A stretch of 64,000 bases of DNA. It comes from Alloascoidea hylecoeti (Eukaryota). Position numbers and translations under genes: made by a program. The stretch covers positions 521,621 through 585,620 of the forward strand of contig BCKZ01000013.1 of NCBI GenBank assembly GCA_001600815.1, in the 5' to 3' direction. Below are positions 10,341 to 21,483 of this stretch, in pieces. Below the pieces are notes generated by a model that was not told where the DNA came from, did no database searches, and saw only the letters and a list, made by a program, of their open reading frames with translations. Positions within the stretch are counted from its first letter, which is position 1. Each line of letters starts with the position of its first letter.

Positions 10341-12527
10341 ATGAAATTGTGTTCGCTGACGCAAAACGTCCAGCCGGAAACTCTCCAGAAACTGCTTTTA
10401 CTGCTAAAGCTGATCATTTTCCCCTTAATTGCTTCGGTTTCAATTGCTTCTCGTTTATTTTCGGTAATTCGTTTCGAATCAATAATTCACGAATTTGATC
10501 CTTGGTTTAATTATAGAGCAACCAAATATTTAGTTGAAAATGGGTTCTATAAATTTCTGAACTGGTTTGATAATAGAACTTGGTACCCGCTTGGAAGAGT
10601 TACTGGCGGTACTTTATATCCCGGCCTAATGTTAACTTCTGGTTTTTTGTACAAAGTTCTTAGGTTTTTAACTTTACCTGTTAATATCAGAAATATTTGT
10701 GTTTTATTAGCTCCTGGTTTTGCCGGAATCACTGCTTATGCTACTTTTTTATTTACTTCCGAAATGAAAGATAGTTGTGCTGGTTTATTGGCTGCGATTT
10801 TCATGGGAATTGCTCCTGGTTATATTTCAAGATCTGTCGCTGGTTCTTATGATAATGAAGCAATTGCAATTACTTTATTAATGGTTACTTTTTATACTTG
10901 GATAAAAGCTTTAAAATTAGGTAGTATATTATGGGCTTCAATATCTGCTCTATTTTATTTTTATATGGTTAGTGCATGGGGTGGTTATGTTTTTATAACA
11001 AATATTGTTCCATTACATGTTTTCATATTATTATTAATGGGTAGATATAGTCATAGAATTTATGTGGCTTATACAACTTGGTATGCAATTGGTACAATTG
11101 CTTCAATGCAAATTCCATTTGTTGGTTTTTTGCCAATTAAATCAAATGATCATATGGCTGCTTTTGGTGTTTTTGGTTTATTACAACTGGTTATATTTTT
11201 AGATTATGTTAAATCTTTAGTACCATCACAAAGAAAATTTAAAATTTTATTAATTGGTTCAATTGTTTTATTATCATTAATTGGTATTTTAGTATTATTT
11301 GTTTTAACAACAACTGGGAAAATTGCTCCATGGACTGGTAGATTTTATTCATTATGGGATACTGGTTATGCAAAAATTCATATACCAATTATTGCTTCAG
11401 TTTCTGAACATCAACCAACTGCATGGCCTGCTTTTTTCTTTGATACACAAATGTTAATTTGGTTATTCCCTGCTGGTATTTTTTTGATTTTTCAAGAATT
11501 AACTGATGAACATGTTTTTGTAATTGTTTGGGCTGTATTAGGTTCTTATTTTGCTGGTGTTATGGTTAGATTAATGTTAACTTTAACTCCTGTTGTTTGT
11601 GTTTCTGGTGCAATTGCAATTTCAAAATTATTAGATGTTTATATGGATTTTACTTCATTATCAACAACAAATATCAAGACAAATCTTCTTACAATCTTAT
11701 CAAAAGCTTCAGTTTTACTTACTTTTGCAACTTATTTAGGTTATTTTGTTTTCCATTGTACTTGGGTTACTTCAAATGCTTATTCTTCTCCATCAGTTGT
11801 ATTAGCTTCTCGTAATCCTGATGGTTCTCCAGCTTTAATTGATGATTTCCGTGAAGCTTATTATTGGTTACGTATGAATACTCCATATGATTCAAAAGTA
11901 ATGTCATGGTGGGATTATGGTTATCAAATTGGTGGTATGGCTGATCGTACAACATTGGTTGATAATAATACTTGGAATAATACCCATATTGCAACTGTTG
12001 GTAAAGCAATGTCATCAAAAGAAGAAGTATCTTATCCAATTTTAAAAAAACATGATGTTGATTATATTTTAATTATATTTGGTGGTGTTATTGGTTATTC
12101 AGGTGATGATATTAATAAATTTTTATGGATGATTAGAATTGCTGAAGGTATATGGCCAGATGAAGTTAAAGAACGTAATTTTTTTACAGATTCTGGGGAA
12201 TATAAAGTTGATTCTTCAGCAACAAAAACAATGAAAGAATCCCTCATGTATAAAATGTCATATTATAGATTTTCTGAATTATTTGGTGGTAGAGAAGGTG
12301 TTGATAGAATGAGACAACAAAGAATTCCAATTCAATCACCAGTTTTGAATACTTTAGAAGAAGTTTATACAAGTGAAAATTGGATTGTTAGGATTTATAA
12401 AGTTAAAGATTTGGATAATTTAGGTAGAGAATTATGGAATATTGGTAATAATGGGATTAGTAGTGTTGGAACTACTGGGAAAAAAAGAAGAAGAAGTAAG
12501 AAACCATCTCTTGAATTAAGAGTATAA
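10341..12527 (+). CDS. STT3: Oligosaccharyltransferase catalytic subunit
   Basis: IIHEFDPWFNYRAT, SRSVAGSYDNE, WWDYGYQI, DNNTWNN and DINKFLWMIRI motifs. Confidence 0.97.
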   Translation: MKLCSLTQNVQPETLQKLLLLLKLIIFPLIASVSIASRLFSVIRFESIIHEFDPWFNYRATKYLVENGFYKFLNWFDNRTWYPLGRVTGGTLYPGLMLTSGFLYKVLRFLTLPVNIRNICVLLAPGFAGITAYATFLFTSEMKDSCAGLLAAIFMGIAPGYISRSVAGSYDNEAIAITLLMVTFYTWIKALKLGSILWASISALFYFYMVSAWGGYVFITNIVPLHVFILLLMGRYSHRIYVAYTTWYAIGTIASMQIPFVGFLPIKSNDHMAAFGVFGLLQLVIFLDYVKSLVPSQRKFKILLIGSIVLLSLIGILVLFVLTTTGKIAPWTGRFYSLWDTGYAKIHIPIIASVSEHQPTAWPAFFFDTQMLIWLFPAGIFLIFQELTDEHVFVIVWAVLGSYFAGVMVRLMLTLTPVVCVSGAIAISKLLDVYMDFTSLSTTNIKTNLLTILSKASVLLTFATYLGYFVFHCTWVTSNAYSSPSVVLASRNPDGSPALIDDFREAYYWLRMNTPYDSKVMSWWDYGYQIGGMADRTTLVDNNTWNNTHIATVGKAMSSKEEVSYPILKKHDVDYILIIFGGVIGYSGDDINKFLWMIRIAEGIWPDEVKERNFFTDSGEYKVDSSATKTMKESLMYKMSYYRFSELFGGREGVDRMRQQRIPIQSPVLNTLEEVYTSENWIVRIYKVKDLDNLGRELWNIGNNGISSVGTTGKKRRRSKKPSLELRV

Positions 12528-12816
12528 TATACATATTACATAAGTATAAATGATAGTTAATACATTTGAAATGTATAGAAATAATAGACTGACCAGATAA
12601 GGTGAGATATTTTATTTTATTTTTTGTTTTGGTGGAGGTGATGTTACTCATCTGTCGCAAACTTAAATATTATTATACGGTTACTGGTAACACATATATG
12701 GATAATTGATTGTAACCTCCATTCCTTTTATCAAATCTAATTTTACTTTTCCTCTTTTCCCCATATCTCCGATCGGAACAACAAAACATAATACTTAGCA
12801 AAACATATACAAAAAA

Positions 12817-13863
12817 ATGGTCTATTCATTTACTTTAAAACCTCATAAAGCTTCCGAGATCCCGGATGATATTGATTCATTACTAACTGATGCAAATACT
12901 TTATTAAATGATGTACCAAATTGGGGTAAAGGTAGTAAATTTTCTTATAATTTTCATACAAATGAAAAGAAAAATTTAAAAGAATCTGTTATGATGTATA
13001 CAAAATATATGAATGATGAATATTGGATAGCAAGGATTAGTGTTCATGATCCAAATGAAACTGGTGTAACTTTTGAGGATTTTGTAAGTGGTTTATTAGG
13101 TGCTAAGTTAAAACATTCAAAACATTCAACAACTCAAGAAAATCCTAATAATAATGAAGATAATATAAATATAACTTCTGAATCTACTGGAAATTTAAAT
13201 TCTGAAGATGAATCAACAATGACAAGTGTTAAGAATAATTCTATTCAAACTGGTCAATCATTAACTTCCATGACAACTAGTTCTGATATAACAACTATTG
13301 ATGGAAATAATAAACTTATTACAAATCCTGAAAGTGAATGGATTTTAACAAATCGTCTAAAACATCAAATTCATGAAGCAACTTATGTTGATGTTTTAAA
13401 TGTTTGGAAACCAATAGATTTACCTAATGATGAACAAATTAAAGAAGGATGGGTTGGTAATACTTTAGAATATGAACTTGGATATCCTTTCACAACAAGA
13501 GTTTTTAATCAATTTTATTATCTTGCACCTCCTAAATTTCATCATTTAAACAATACTACAAATACTAATACAAATACAACAGATATTGAAAATGATATTT
13601 CAGAATATTCATTTGTTGTTTCAATAGTTGGAGATTATTTTAAACCAAATCCAAAACATACAAGAGCAGAATATTCATCAATTGAAAGAATTAGAAAATT
13701 AAATAATGGGAAAATTGAATGGATTGTTGCAACATGTTCTGAACCACATGTAACTTGTCCAAAATGGTTACAGCATAAAGTAACTGTTAGAAGTTTAGCT
13801 GCTAATATTCCACAATATTTTAAATGGGTTGCTTCTCATAGAGATTTAATTGAAAGTGAATAA
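12817..13863 (+). CDS. DUF3074-like (START/Bet v1-like fold) fungal protein
   Basis: YWIARISVH, YSSIERIR and IEWIVATCSEP...PKWLQ blocks. Good start context (aaaaaATG). Confidence 0.7.
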   Translation: MVYSFTLKPHKASEIPDDIDSLLTDANTLLNDVPNWGKGSKFSYNFHTNEKKNLKESVMMYTKYMNDEYWIARISVHDPNETGVTFEDFVSGLLGAKLKHSKHSTTQENPNNNEDNINITSESTGNLNSEDESTMTSVKNNSIQTGQSLTSMTTSSDITTIDGNNKLITNPESEWILTNRLKHQIHEATYVDVLNVWKPIDLPNDEQIKEGWVGNTLEYELGYPFTTRVFNQFYYLAPPKFHHLNNTTNTNTNTTDIENDISEYSFVVSIVGDYFKPNPKHTRAEYSSIERIRKLNNGKIEWIVATCSEPHVTCPKWLQHKVTVRSLAANIPQYFKWVASHRDLIESE

Positions 13864-16800
13864 CTCAATCATAATAATTATATCATTCCATATAACTTTT
13901 AACTTATATTAAATGTCTCATCACAACAACATTATTACAAATTTATAGGACAATAATTTTTTTTTTTTTTTTGTGTCTGACTATATTATTTAATTTACAT
14001 TTAGATTATACACTTAGTTCAATATACATATCAAAGGTAAACTTGGTACAGTGATAAGCTTAATACAAATAATCAATCGAAATATTTCAAAAAAAATTCT
14101 TGTAAATAACTGTAAAACTAGTGCTATTAAATAAGTAAGTCCACAATCGTGTTTATAACCATTTGACAATCAGAGTAACTTATCATACTGTATACATACG
14201 ATTGCTACTGTTAAAAACAAATGGTGGCAATAATAATTCATCTTCAGAGACATCTTTAAATAAGCCTTTAAAAATTCAATTTCAAATTCGTATCCTAGCT
14301 CATCAATAAATTATTTTTCTAGAGTGTCAGGCTAAATAAACTACCTCCAGTTATACCCATATATCATCTTGAAAGAGGGAATAATATATCGATACGTCTA
14401 CTATTGAAATTGAGCTAGATTCAGATTATTTCATGGAGATTGATACCAAGTATGTACAATTTTATAAACATTTTTATGACTTCTATTATCGTTAGCCGCA
14501 CATTATTTAGTGTCGACTTTACAACTGCATATTTGAATTCTCTAAAGGGTAGTAAAGGAAGATATTTCCATTCAAATTCCCGGTATCAATTTTTTTCATC
14601 AATTATTAACAAGTGTAATATATTAAAGTTCAAAATGCCTGTTCTCCAAGTTGCACCAAAAAGCCAATCAACTCTTTAGTGAACTGTTCTAAGAGTGTAA
14701 TATATAGAATATCCAACATAATATATGCCTAACTACACCCTTTACTGTTTTTTCCAAATATGTGACTTATGAAGGGAGTACCAGTATCGTCACATTTATA
14801 ACGATATCTACCTTTATTTGAAGTATTCAAAGCAACAAAAAACCGAACCATATAATTTAGATCTTGAGATACCCATATCATCTAAACCTTTGCGATTATA
14901 GCCTAGAATTTCGATACGAACGATAGCCATCTATGTAGTATCAAGCTACTATCAAAATTTAAATACTTGTCAAGGTTATACTGTTGATTCATATTAATAT
15001 CGTAAACTGATATTGTGTGTTTCGGCTTTGGAATATATCTTTAAATTTGAATGAAATTAAAGACATGGTAAAATCTTTAGTTATTAATATTGAAAGCCTT
15101 CAACTCATTTTGTCTCTCCAGCGTTGAAAGAATTTGTTCCCCTATCAGAGAATCTTCTCCCATCTTGCAACCCAAAGAAGAGTTGGATTTGGAGTCAATA
15201 ATTCCGGACAAGAACTTATTTTTTTTTCATTTTCAGAGTAAGTAACTGAGAATATATTGAATTTCTCAAACAGATATTTATATTATTATTATACTACACA
15301 AATAATGGAATTAGAAAACTACTAGCTGATACAATGCAATAACTTGTGAAGCTCAAGGATATGAAAGACAAAAAGAATGATCTTCTTCTTCCAAAATACT
15401 GTTGTCCAACTTAGAAGTTGTAGGATTATGAGCACTCTTTTCTTGGTTTTTTAGAGGGAATAAGTTCTTCTTTAAACTAAAACTTTAAAGTTATGTATCA
15501 ATTTCAGAATATGATAGTACAACAAATATGGTTTTGCTCTACAAGTGATTTTCTTCTCAGTTCAAGCCTCCTAAACCATTAAAATATCCAAATTTATTCA
15601 TTCCAAGAATATTATTCCAATTTTTTTTATATAATTAGTTACAAGAGAATATTGTGATGTATTCTGAGGCTTGAAATACTTTCATGAAATAAAAATATAA
15701 AATCCTCAAAATAAGTCCCCCCAAAATTGCTTCCACCAACTTATATTCGTGTACACCAAATAATATTCATACCTCTAAGAATTTGAGACTATCCAAATAA
15801 ACAGTCTAATTTGAAATTACTTACGTATTTCACAGTGGCGTAATAAATTTGATTTTTCTTCTATGAAGTTGAATAGTTTAGGTAGGGTTTGAGCAGAAGG
15901 AATAGCAACTATGTGTGTTTCTCATTTGGTGAATCTGGTGAAAATTTTCCTATTTGACATTCAACATCTACGTTGAAAATGAGTTCATAACCTGAGATCT
16001 AAATGATATATTAAGATGAAAAAATTAGAATTATGATTAAAAACCTGTAATTAATTTTACTTTAAAAATTCTGTTTTGTAATCAATCATATAAATTATTG
16101 TTATCTTCATGTTTGTACCCGATAACTTTCTTCAATATCTTCTAGCTCGGCGTCTAATAGTTTCAAAAATTAAGTGGGAAATCTTCGTTTCTTAATTCTC
16201 CAGGATCACTATAAAAAATCAAATCAACTTCTTGCGCAATCTAGTATTTGAGTTCTGATTTTACCTCTTCTCTAGCCATTTCAGAAACCCTCGCAAATCT
16301 GAAACAGTTTTTTATACTGTTTTCCCTCTTTCAACTGGTCAAACAATTTTTTCTAAAAACGATAATCTCCTATAACCTCATAGATCTCCTCCAAGAGGGT
16401 TAAATATGTCCAATTCTCTTTTTTGAAACAAGCTAACCTTCACGGTACAATTCTTAGTTATATGAACTGCATTCATCACAATTTTTGTCATATTATATTG
16501 ATGTAGTAGTCCTTTTTTAATAAATTAAATCTTATGAAGTTATAATTATAATTGAAAGTTCTCCTATAAGACTTATAGTAGTGATTTTTTGCTTAATCAT
16601 GGTTGGCCTAATCTTTACTATAAGTTAGTTATACCATATATATGAGGTTAGATATACTATATAACGTTGTAATCTTCGAGATTTTCTTAAAAAACGATGA
16701 TGACTTCAATATTAGCAGTTAAACTTCTTATAATTAACGGTTATCTGGATATTAATATACGTGTAAATTATGTGTTGATATCTATAAAAGTTTACCATTT

Positions 16801-17120
16801 ATCATACAACGATCATCAAAGAAAAGTAACAATAATACAATTTATTAAGTCTGTGCTCAAGCTCCCAATATTAATTGCAAGGCACCAAATGATATATAAG
16901 ATATAATACTACTATAAAATTTAAAGATTTAAGTCAAGGAATGCAACATTATTATTATTAAACTTACTTATTATTATTATTATTTTTTTTTTTTTTTTGG
17001 TTTTTTTTTTATTATTAATTAGTTATATTAATTTTCAGTTTCGACATTATTATCATTTTTTATTTCCCCATATTTATTAAATCCATTCCATTAGGTTAAG
17101 TTAAAATCCATTTGATTAAT

Positions 17121-18524
17121 TTACCAAACATATGGAATAAACATATAAGGACATCTTCTTAAATATTCATCCCAATCAGCACCATATTTCTTCACACATT
17201 TAGCATTATCCCTATAAGCTCTATGAGTCAAAACAATAGCAAAGAATGTTGGATAAAACCAAGGGAAAGGACTAGCAGTACCAGCATTTAAAGCCCATGT
17301 GAAACACATTGTATAATCAGCCGTATAATGTGCTTTTCTTGCATACTTGTACCAACCATCAGTTAATAAACTACTACCATTTTGGCATTTGATATAACTT
17401 GGATTTTCTAAATATTGATGAGGAAGATATGGGAAAGCTTTTCTAATTGTTTTATCACCAGCTAAAGTTTTTCGGAAAAAATTCTTTTGTGCATTACCAG
17501 TATCAAAGAAATAATAAGCAGTGAAAAGAACAACATATAAAATAATTTGATATTCAAGTGACCAATTATATTCAGTTGGTTTTGTCCAAGCTAAATATAA
17601 AGCAGAATGACAATAAGTGAAAGGAACACCAGCTATATTCCAAAAAATAAGCATAAATCCGAATTTTTCATAAGCCATATCCCAAGTTGGAACAATCAGT
17701 TCTTCACCTTTAGCACACGCATTTGCATATAGCCAATGAGCGGTGATTATAAAATAAACCTGTTTTGGAACATATCCTTCTTCGGCATATTTTTTACAAG
17801 CTGTTCCAACACTAAGAAAGAACAAAATAAACCATGGCAATCTAACTTCAAAAAACATTTTAAGGTCCATAATTCCGATTCTTGGATTAAGTGGAGCGCC
17901 TAAGAAAAAATCGTAGATAATACTAGATGTCATTCTATGTTGATCTCCGGTGTAATATGTTGAAGCAAATAAAAGACCAGAAAAACTGAAACCAGTGATG
18001 ATCGCTGCAGTCATGATCTTTCCGAATAGCTCGATTGTTGTTTGTAATTTATAAATATCATAATAGTGTAAAATGGCAGCAACCGCTATACTTGTGTAAA
18101 AGGAGGCCAAAGCGTTGCAGAAATAATCGAGTTGACGGTTATTTAAATGAGTTAGAGGTTGTCCTTTTGTCCAAACACCCGGCAATGTGTAGTAAAAAAT
18201 AGCCTGGACGAAAATAAAGGTACCGAATATCTTCCAGGTGCGTAAATCTGGAATGCCATGATCACAAAAGATGGTGAACAGAGAGTTTAAGAAATCGGTG
18301 ACGGATTCATTTGGGCCGGGGGTTGGGAAGGAGCCTCCGTAAAATTCAGCACCGATCCACATATACCACATTAGTAGGGGAAACCCAATCATCATTCCAA
18401 GAGCTCCAACGGGCCCACCAAATTCCCATTCTTGTTCGGTGCTCGGAGTAGGTTTTGGTGTTTTCGTAGAGTCGTTCTTCCTTTGTTTCAAAGGAGTCGT
18501 TTCGGTGGAGACTTCGTTGGACAT
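17121..18524 (-). CDS. ERG4: Delta24(24-1) sterol reductase
   Basis: [59 protein letters not shown] and KYGADWDEY. Likely ATG at 18524 (aaaATG). Confidence 0.95.
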   Translation of the reverse strand: MSNEVSTETTPLKQRKNDSTKTPKPTPSTEQEWEFGGPVGALGMMIGFPLLMWYMWIGAEFYGGSFPTPGPNESVTDFLNSLFTIFCDHGIPDLRTWKIFGTFIFVQAIFYYTLPGVWTKGQPLTHLNNRQLDYFCNALASFYTSIAVAAILHYYDIYKLQTTIELFGKIMTAAIITGFSFSGLLFASTYYTGDQHRMTSSIIYDFFLGAPLNPRIGIMDLKMFFEVRLPWFILFFLSVGTACKKYAEEGYVPKQVYFIITAHWLYANACAKGEELIVPTWDMAYEKFGFMLIFWNIAGVPFTYCHSALYLAWTKPTEYNWSLEYQIILYVVLFTAYYFFDTGNAQKNFFRKTLAGDKTIRKAFPYLPHQYLENPSYIKCQNGSSLLTDGWYKYARKAHYTADYTMCFTWALNAGTASPFPWFYPTFFAIVLTHRAYRDNAKCVKKYGADWDEYLRRCPYMFIPYVW

Positions 18525-19649
18525 TTTAAAGGACTGGAGTGTGAAAATCAAAATTGTTTGTGTCCTCGAGGAGTTTATAAACATATTTTTAAATCGGTTG
18601 TTCGCTGCAGAGCTGCAGCCTCGCAACGCGTCTCCGAATCATGTCATATCTTAAAAAGAAAAATCCCAACCTTAAAGTAAATAACAGTGAAGTGAAAGCT
18701 TCAAAAAATCCTTCAAATGATCCGAATATCCGTATTATGTTATGAGATCCTTTGGTTTCAAACCTTTAAATCCACAATAGATTTTCAATATCAACATCAC
18801 CTGCATTGTGTGTGATCGTAAATCACTCGGGGATCCCGGCTTTTTACCCCCTCACTCGCCCTGAGACCAGATGCGGTAAACATTGCTTTAAATTTGGTTT
18901 TGAAACTCTTCGCTCCATAGGCCTTGGAATATATGTAGCAGAGTAGCAGTGTTGGAACCAATTGAACGGGGAAACCCAACTTGGTTGATAATGACCATGG
19001 TTGATTCGCGCTCCGGTTCGCATTGAAAAGCACCATTGCTATTGGTGGGTTTCTGCTATAATATTAACTGCAGATTCTGCTTCAGGGTAAAATATAGCTG
19101 CTTTGTGGTTACAAAGTTATGAGATGATAAAATTTTAGGCAATTAATAATTAATTTATATCACGAGCTCGAATATCTGATTCATAATGTCCTAAAAGGCG
19201 TTACAAATCAATTCTCGCTTCCATTAACTGGGAATTTCCACTCTTTATATACTTGGGCTTCTCTAGATCCCATTACTTTTTACTTACTACTTAGTAATAT
19301 TGAGTATTGAGATATAGTATAAGATCTTATACTTGATATAGAAAGAGTTAATTATATACTGCGTTCTCCGCGTACTAATTTTCAATGACATGGATATCGA
19401 TCAAAGATCAGAAGGAGATAAATTCCAGTTTTAAGGCATAGTTATTAGTTACTATCCACAGTTAGAAAACCTTTTCACAAGTAAGAATATACATTAGTAA
19501 TAAATTAGTATTCTAATCTGCATTATCTATTTAACTTATATGCATCGATGGACGTTGTGTAAGCCTGGTAAAGATTAATTTTTAATTGAGCGCTTAACTC
19601 CCTCCTGCCGGGTGGAGATTAAACTTACCCACCCTCAAGGCCCACCCAC

Positions 19650-19975
19650 CAAAACATGGATATGGAGTATTTTCGGGATGTAAGAGGCCTCCTCTTCTTT
19701 CAAAGAGAGAGGAACTAAAGGAACTAAAGGAACAGAATGATATGGCCATGGCATGAACTTCGAAGATAGATTATTGTTGGTGCGGCCTCAGGACGTTTTT
19801 GGATGGTCTCAATAACTTCGTCAGTAATGGATTCAGATCTAGAAAAGTACTCTTAAGCTCAAAAGATCTGTTTTCGGTACGTCCGGGTCTGTAAGTATTA
19901 TAGGGGATTCTAATACTCTATACCTCGTAAAGTGGCAGCCGTTGGACGCTATACTAAACTTAAAATGTCATTCTA
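19650..19975 (+). repeat. Dispersed repeat family, copy 1 (similar to 39115-39490)
   Basis: Colinear shared blocks, including the exact tactaaacttaaaatgtcatt. Confidence 0.7.
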
Positions 19976-21483
19976 TGAGTGATTTGAAAAAGAAGCGAAA
20001 GCTTAATCTTGGCCCGGCTGTAATCAAAAATTATGATATACTTTAAGTAAGTTAACGTAAGATATACCAACAATAGAACAATCACAGAAGTGTTAACTAT
20101 ATCATCTGCTTAAAGTTATAATAACATTTGCAATTACGAACATATCCAAACATAAGTAAACGGTATAAATAGAATGACTATGTAAATTTAGTTAGCAGGG
20201 AGGCTAAAATAGCTTTATTGATAGGACTCCATGGATCAAGCATGCCAAGGCTCCCCACATAGAATAAATACCGATTTCTCAGCATCCATGAAGATGATCT
20301 CATATATTTTCTTATGATATGACACCCCAAGGTTATGAAGATGAAAATTCTAATGGTGGTGAAACTGGATTCTAACATGGAAATACAGCTAATTGGAAAG
20401 CTTTTAAGCCGAGTGATGAAACATCCAAGAATTTCAACATAGACAACCTTTACTCACCCCTAGGCTGTTATGGCGAAAAAGGTTAACTTCATCAAGGCAG
20501 TCGTTCACTCTACGTAAGTATGTATAATAGCTGAAATCATCATTGCTAGAGATTCGCTATCACTGGTACAGAGTCTGAGTTCCCCTATAGTATAATGAAG
20601 TAGCAATTATAATAGAAAGAATAATAATAAGGATAAATAATTTGTAGTATAGCGTTCAAAAATAAGTATAAGTTACATGTATAACATTTTCATTATAATT
20701 TGCAATCGATTAATTAACAATTTGAAATGAAAAAAATAATATAGGATAGGTATAGATTATAAAACAAAAAAAAGTTATTAACAAAATATAAAAAGATATA
20801 AAGATTTATTCACAACTAGAAACACTTTATTGATTTCTTTTAAATATTCTGTTACTAGAAAAAAAATGTATAGACATATAATAGTTTTGTATAATGATGA
20901 TTATAATAATCAATCGCATTTTTATCAACAAGTAATTTGTTCTCTCGAAAACAACACATATAAGAAGAAATATAATATAAATAGAAATCACAATTAGATA
21001 ATAGACAAAAAAAAAAGGAGTATATGCTTTCCGCTAGAATAGTTTATCAGTTAATGATATATATAAATATATATAAAAAGTAAATAATAATAATAATTAA
21101 AAAACATATAATGATAATATAATATTGTATTTATTGTAATTAATGGAGAAAGGAAAAATTTAAACAAGTTACTTATCAATATTAAATAAAAGGCATGTTA
21201 ATATGATATATAAATTTCCATATAAAGCAAATACATGTAAAATGCAAAGCATAGGTATTCAAAATTAAAAGTAAAATGACAACATTTAATGTGTAATGTT
21301 ATAATAATAGTAATAGTAATAATAGTAGTAGGAATACTAGTGATAATAATAATAATAATAATAATAGATGATATTAGTTTTTGTTGCCTTTTGCTTTCGT
21401 ATAAATATTGTATCAATGCAGTTAAGTGTATATATATATGTGCAGTTTTTTTATAAATTTTTTGTGGTCTTTTTTTTTTTATT

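Noticed and set aside
10234..10373. Alternative STT3 start (ATG 10234) with a 50-nt GTATTT...GCTGAC...CAG intron at 10324-10373, which is in frame
   Set aside because: Donor and branch are weak, it would leave only ~68 bp to the PIB2 ATG, and ATG 10341 has good context. Not excluded without RNA data.
15100..16450. Coding-like decayed sequence on the minus strand (e.g. EVDLIFYSDPGELRNEDFPLNF*)
   Set aside because: Only a vague resemblance to a hAT dimerisation region, with no convincing motif.
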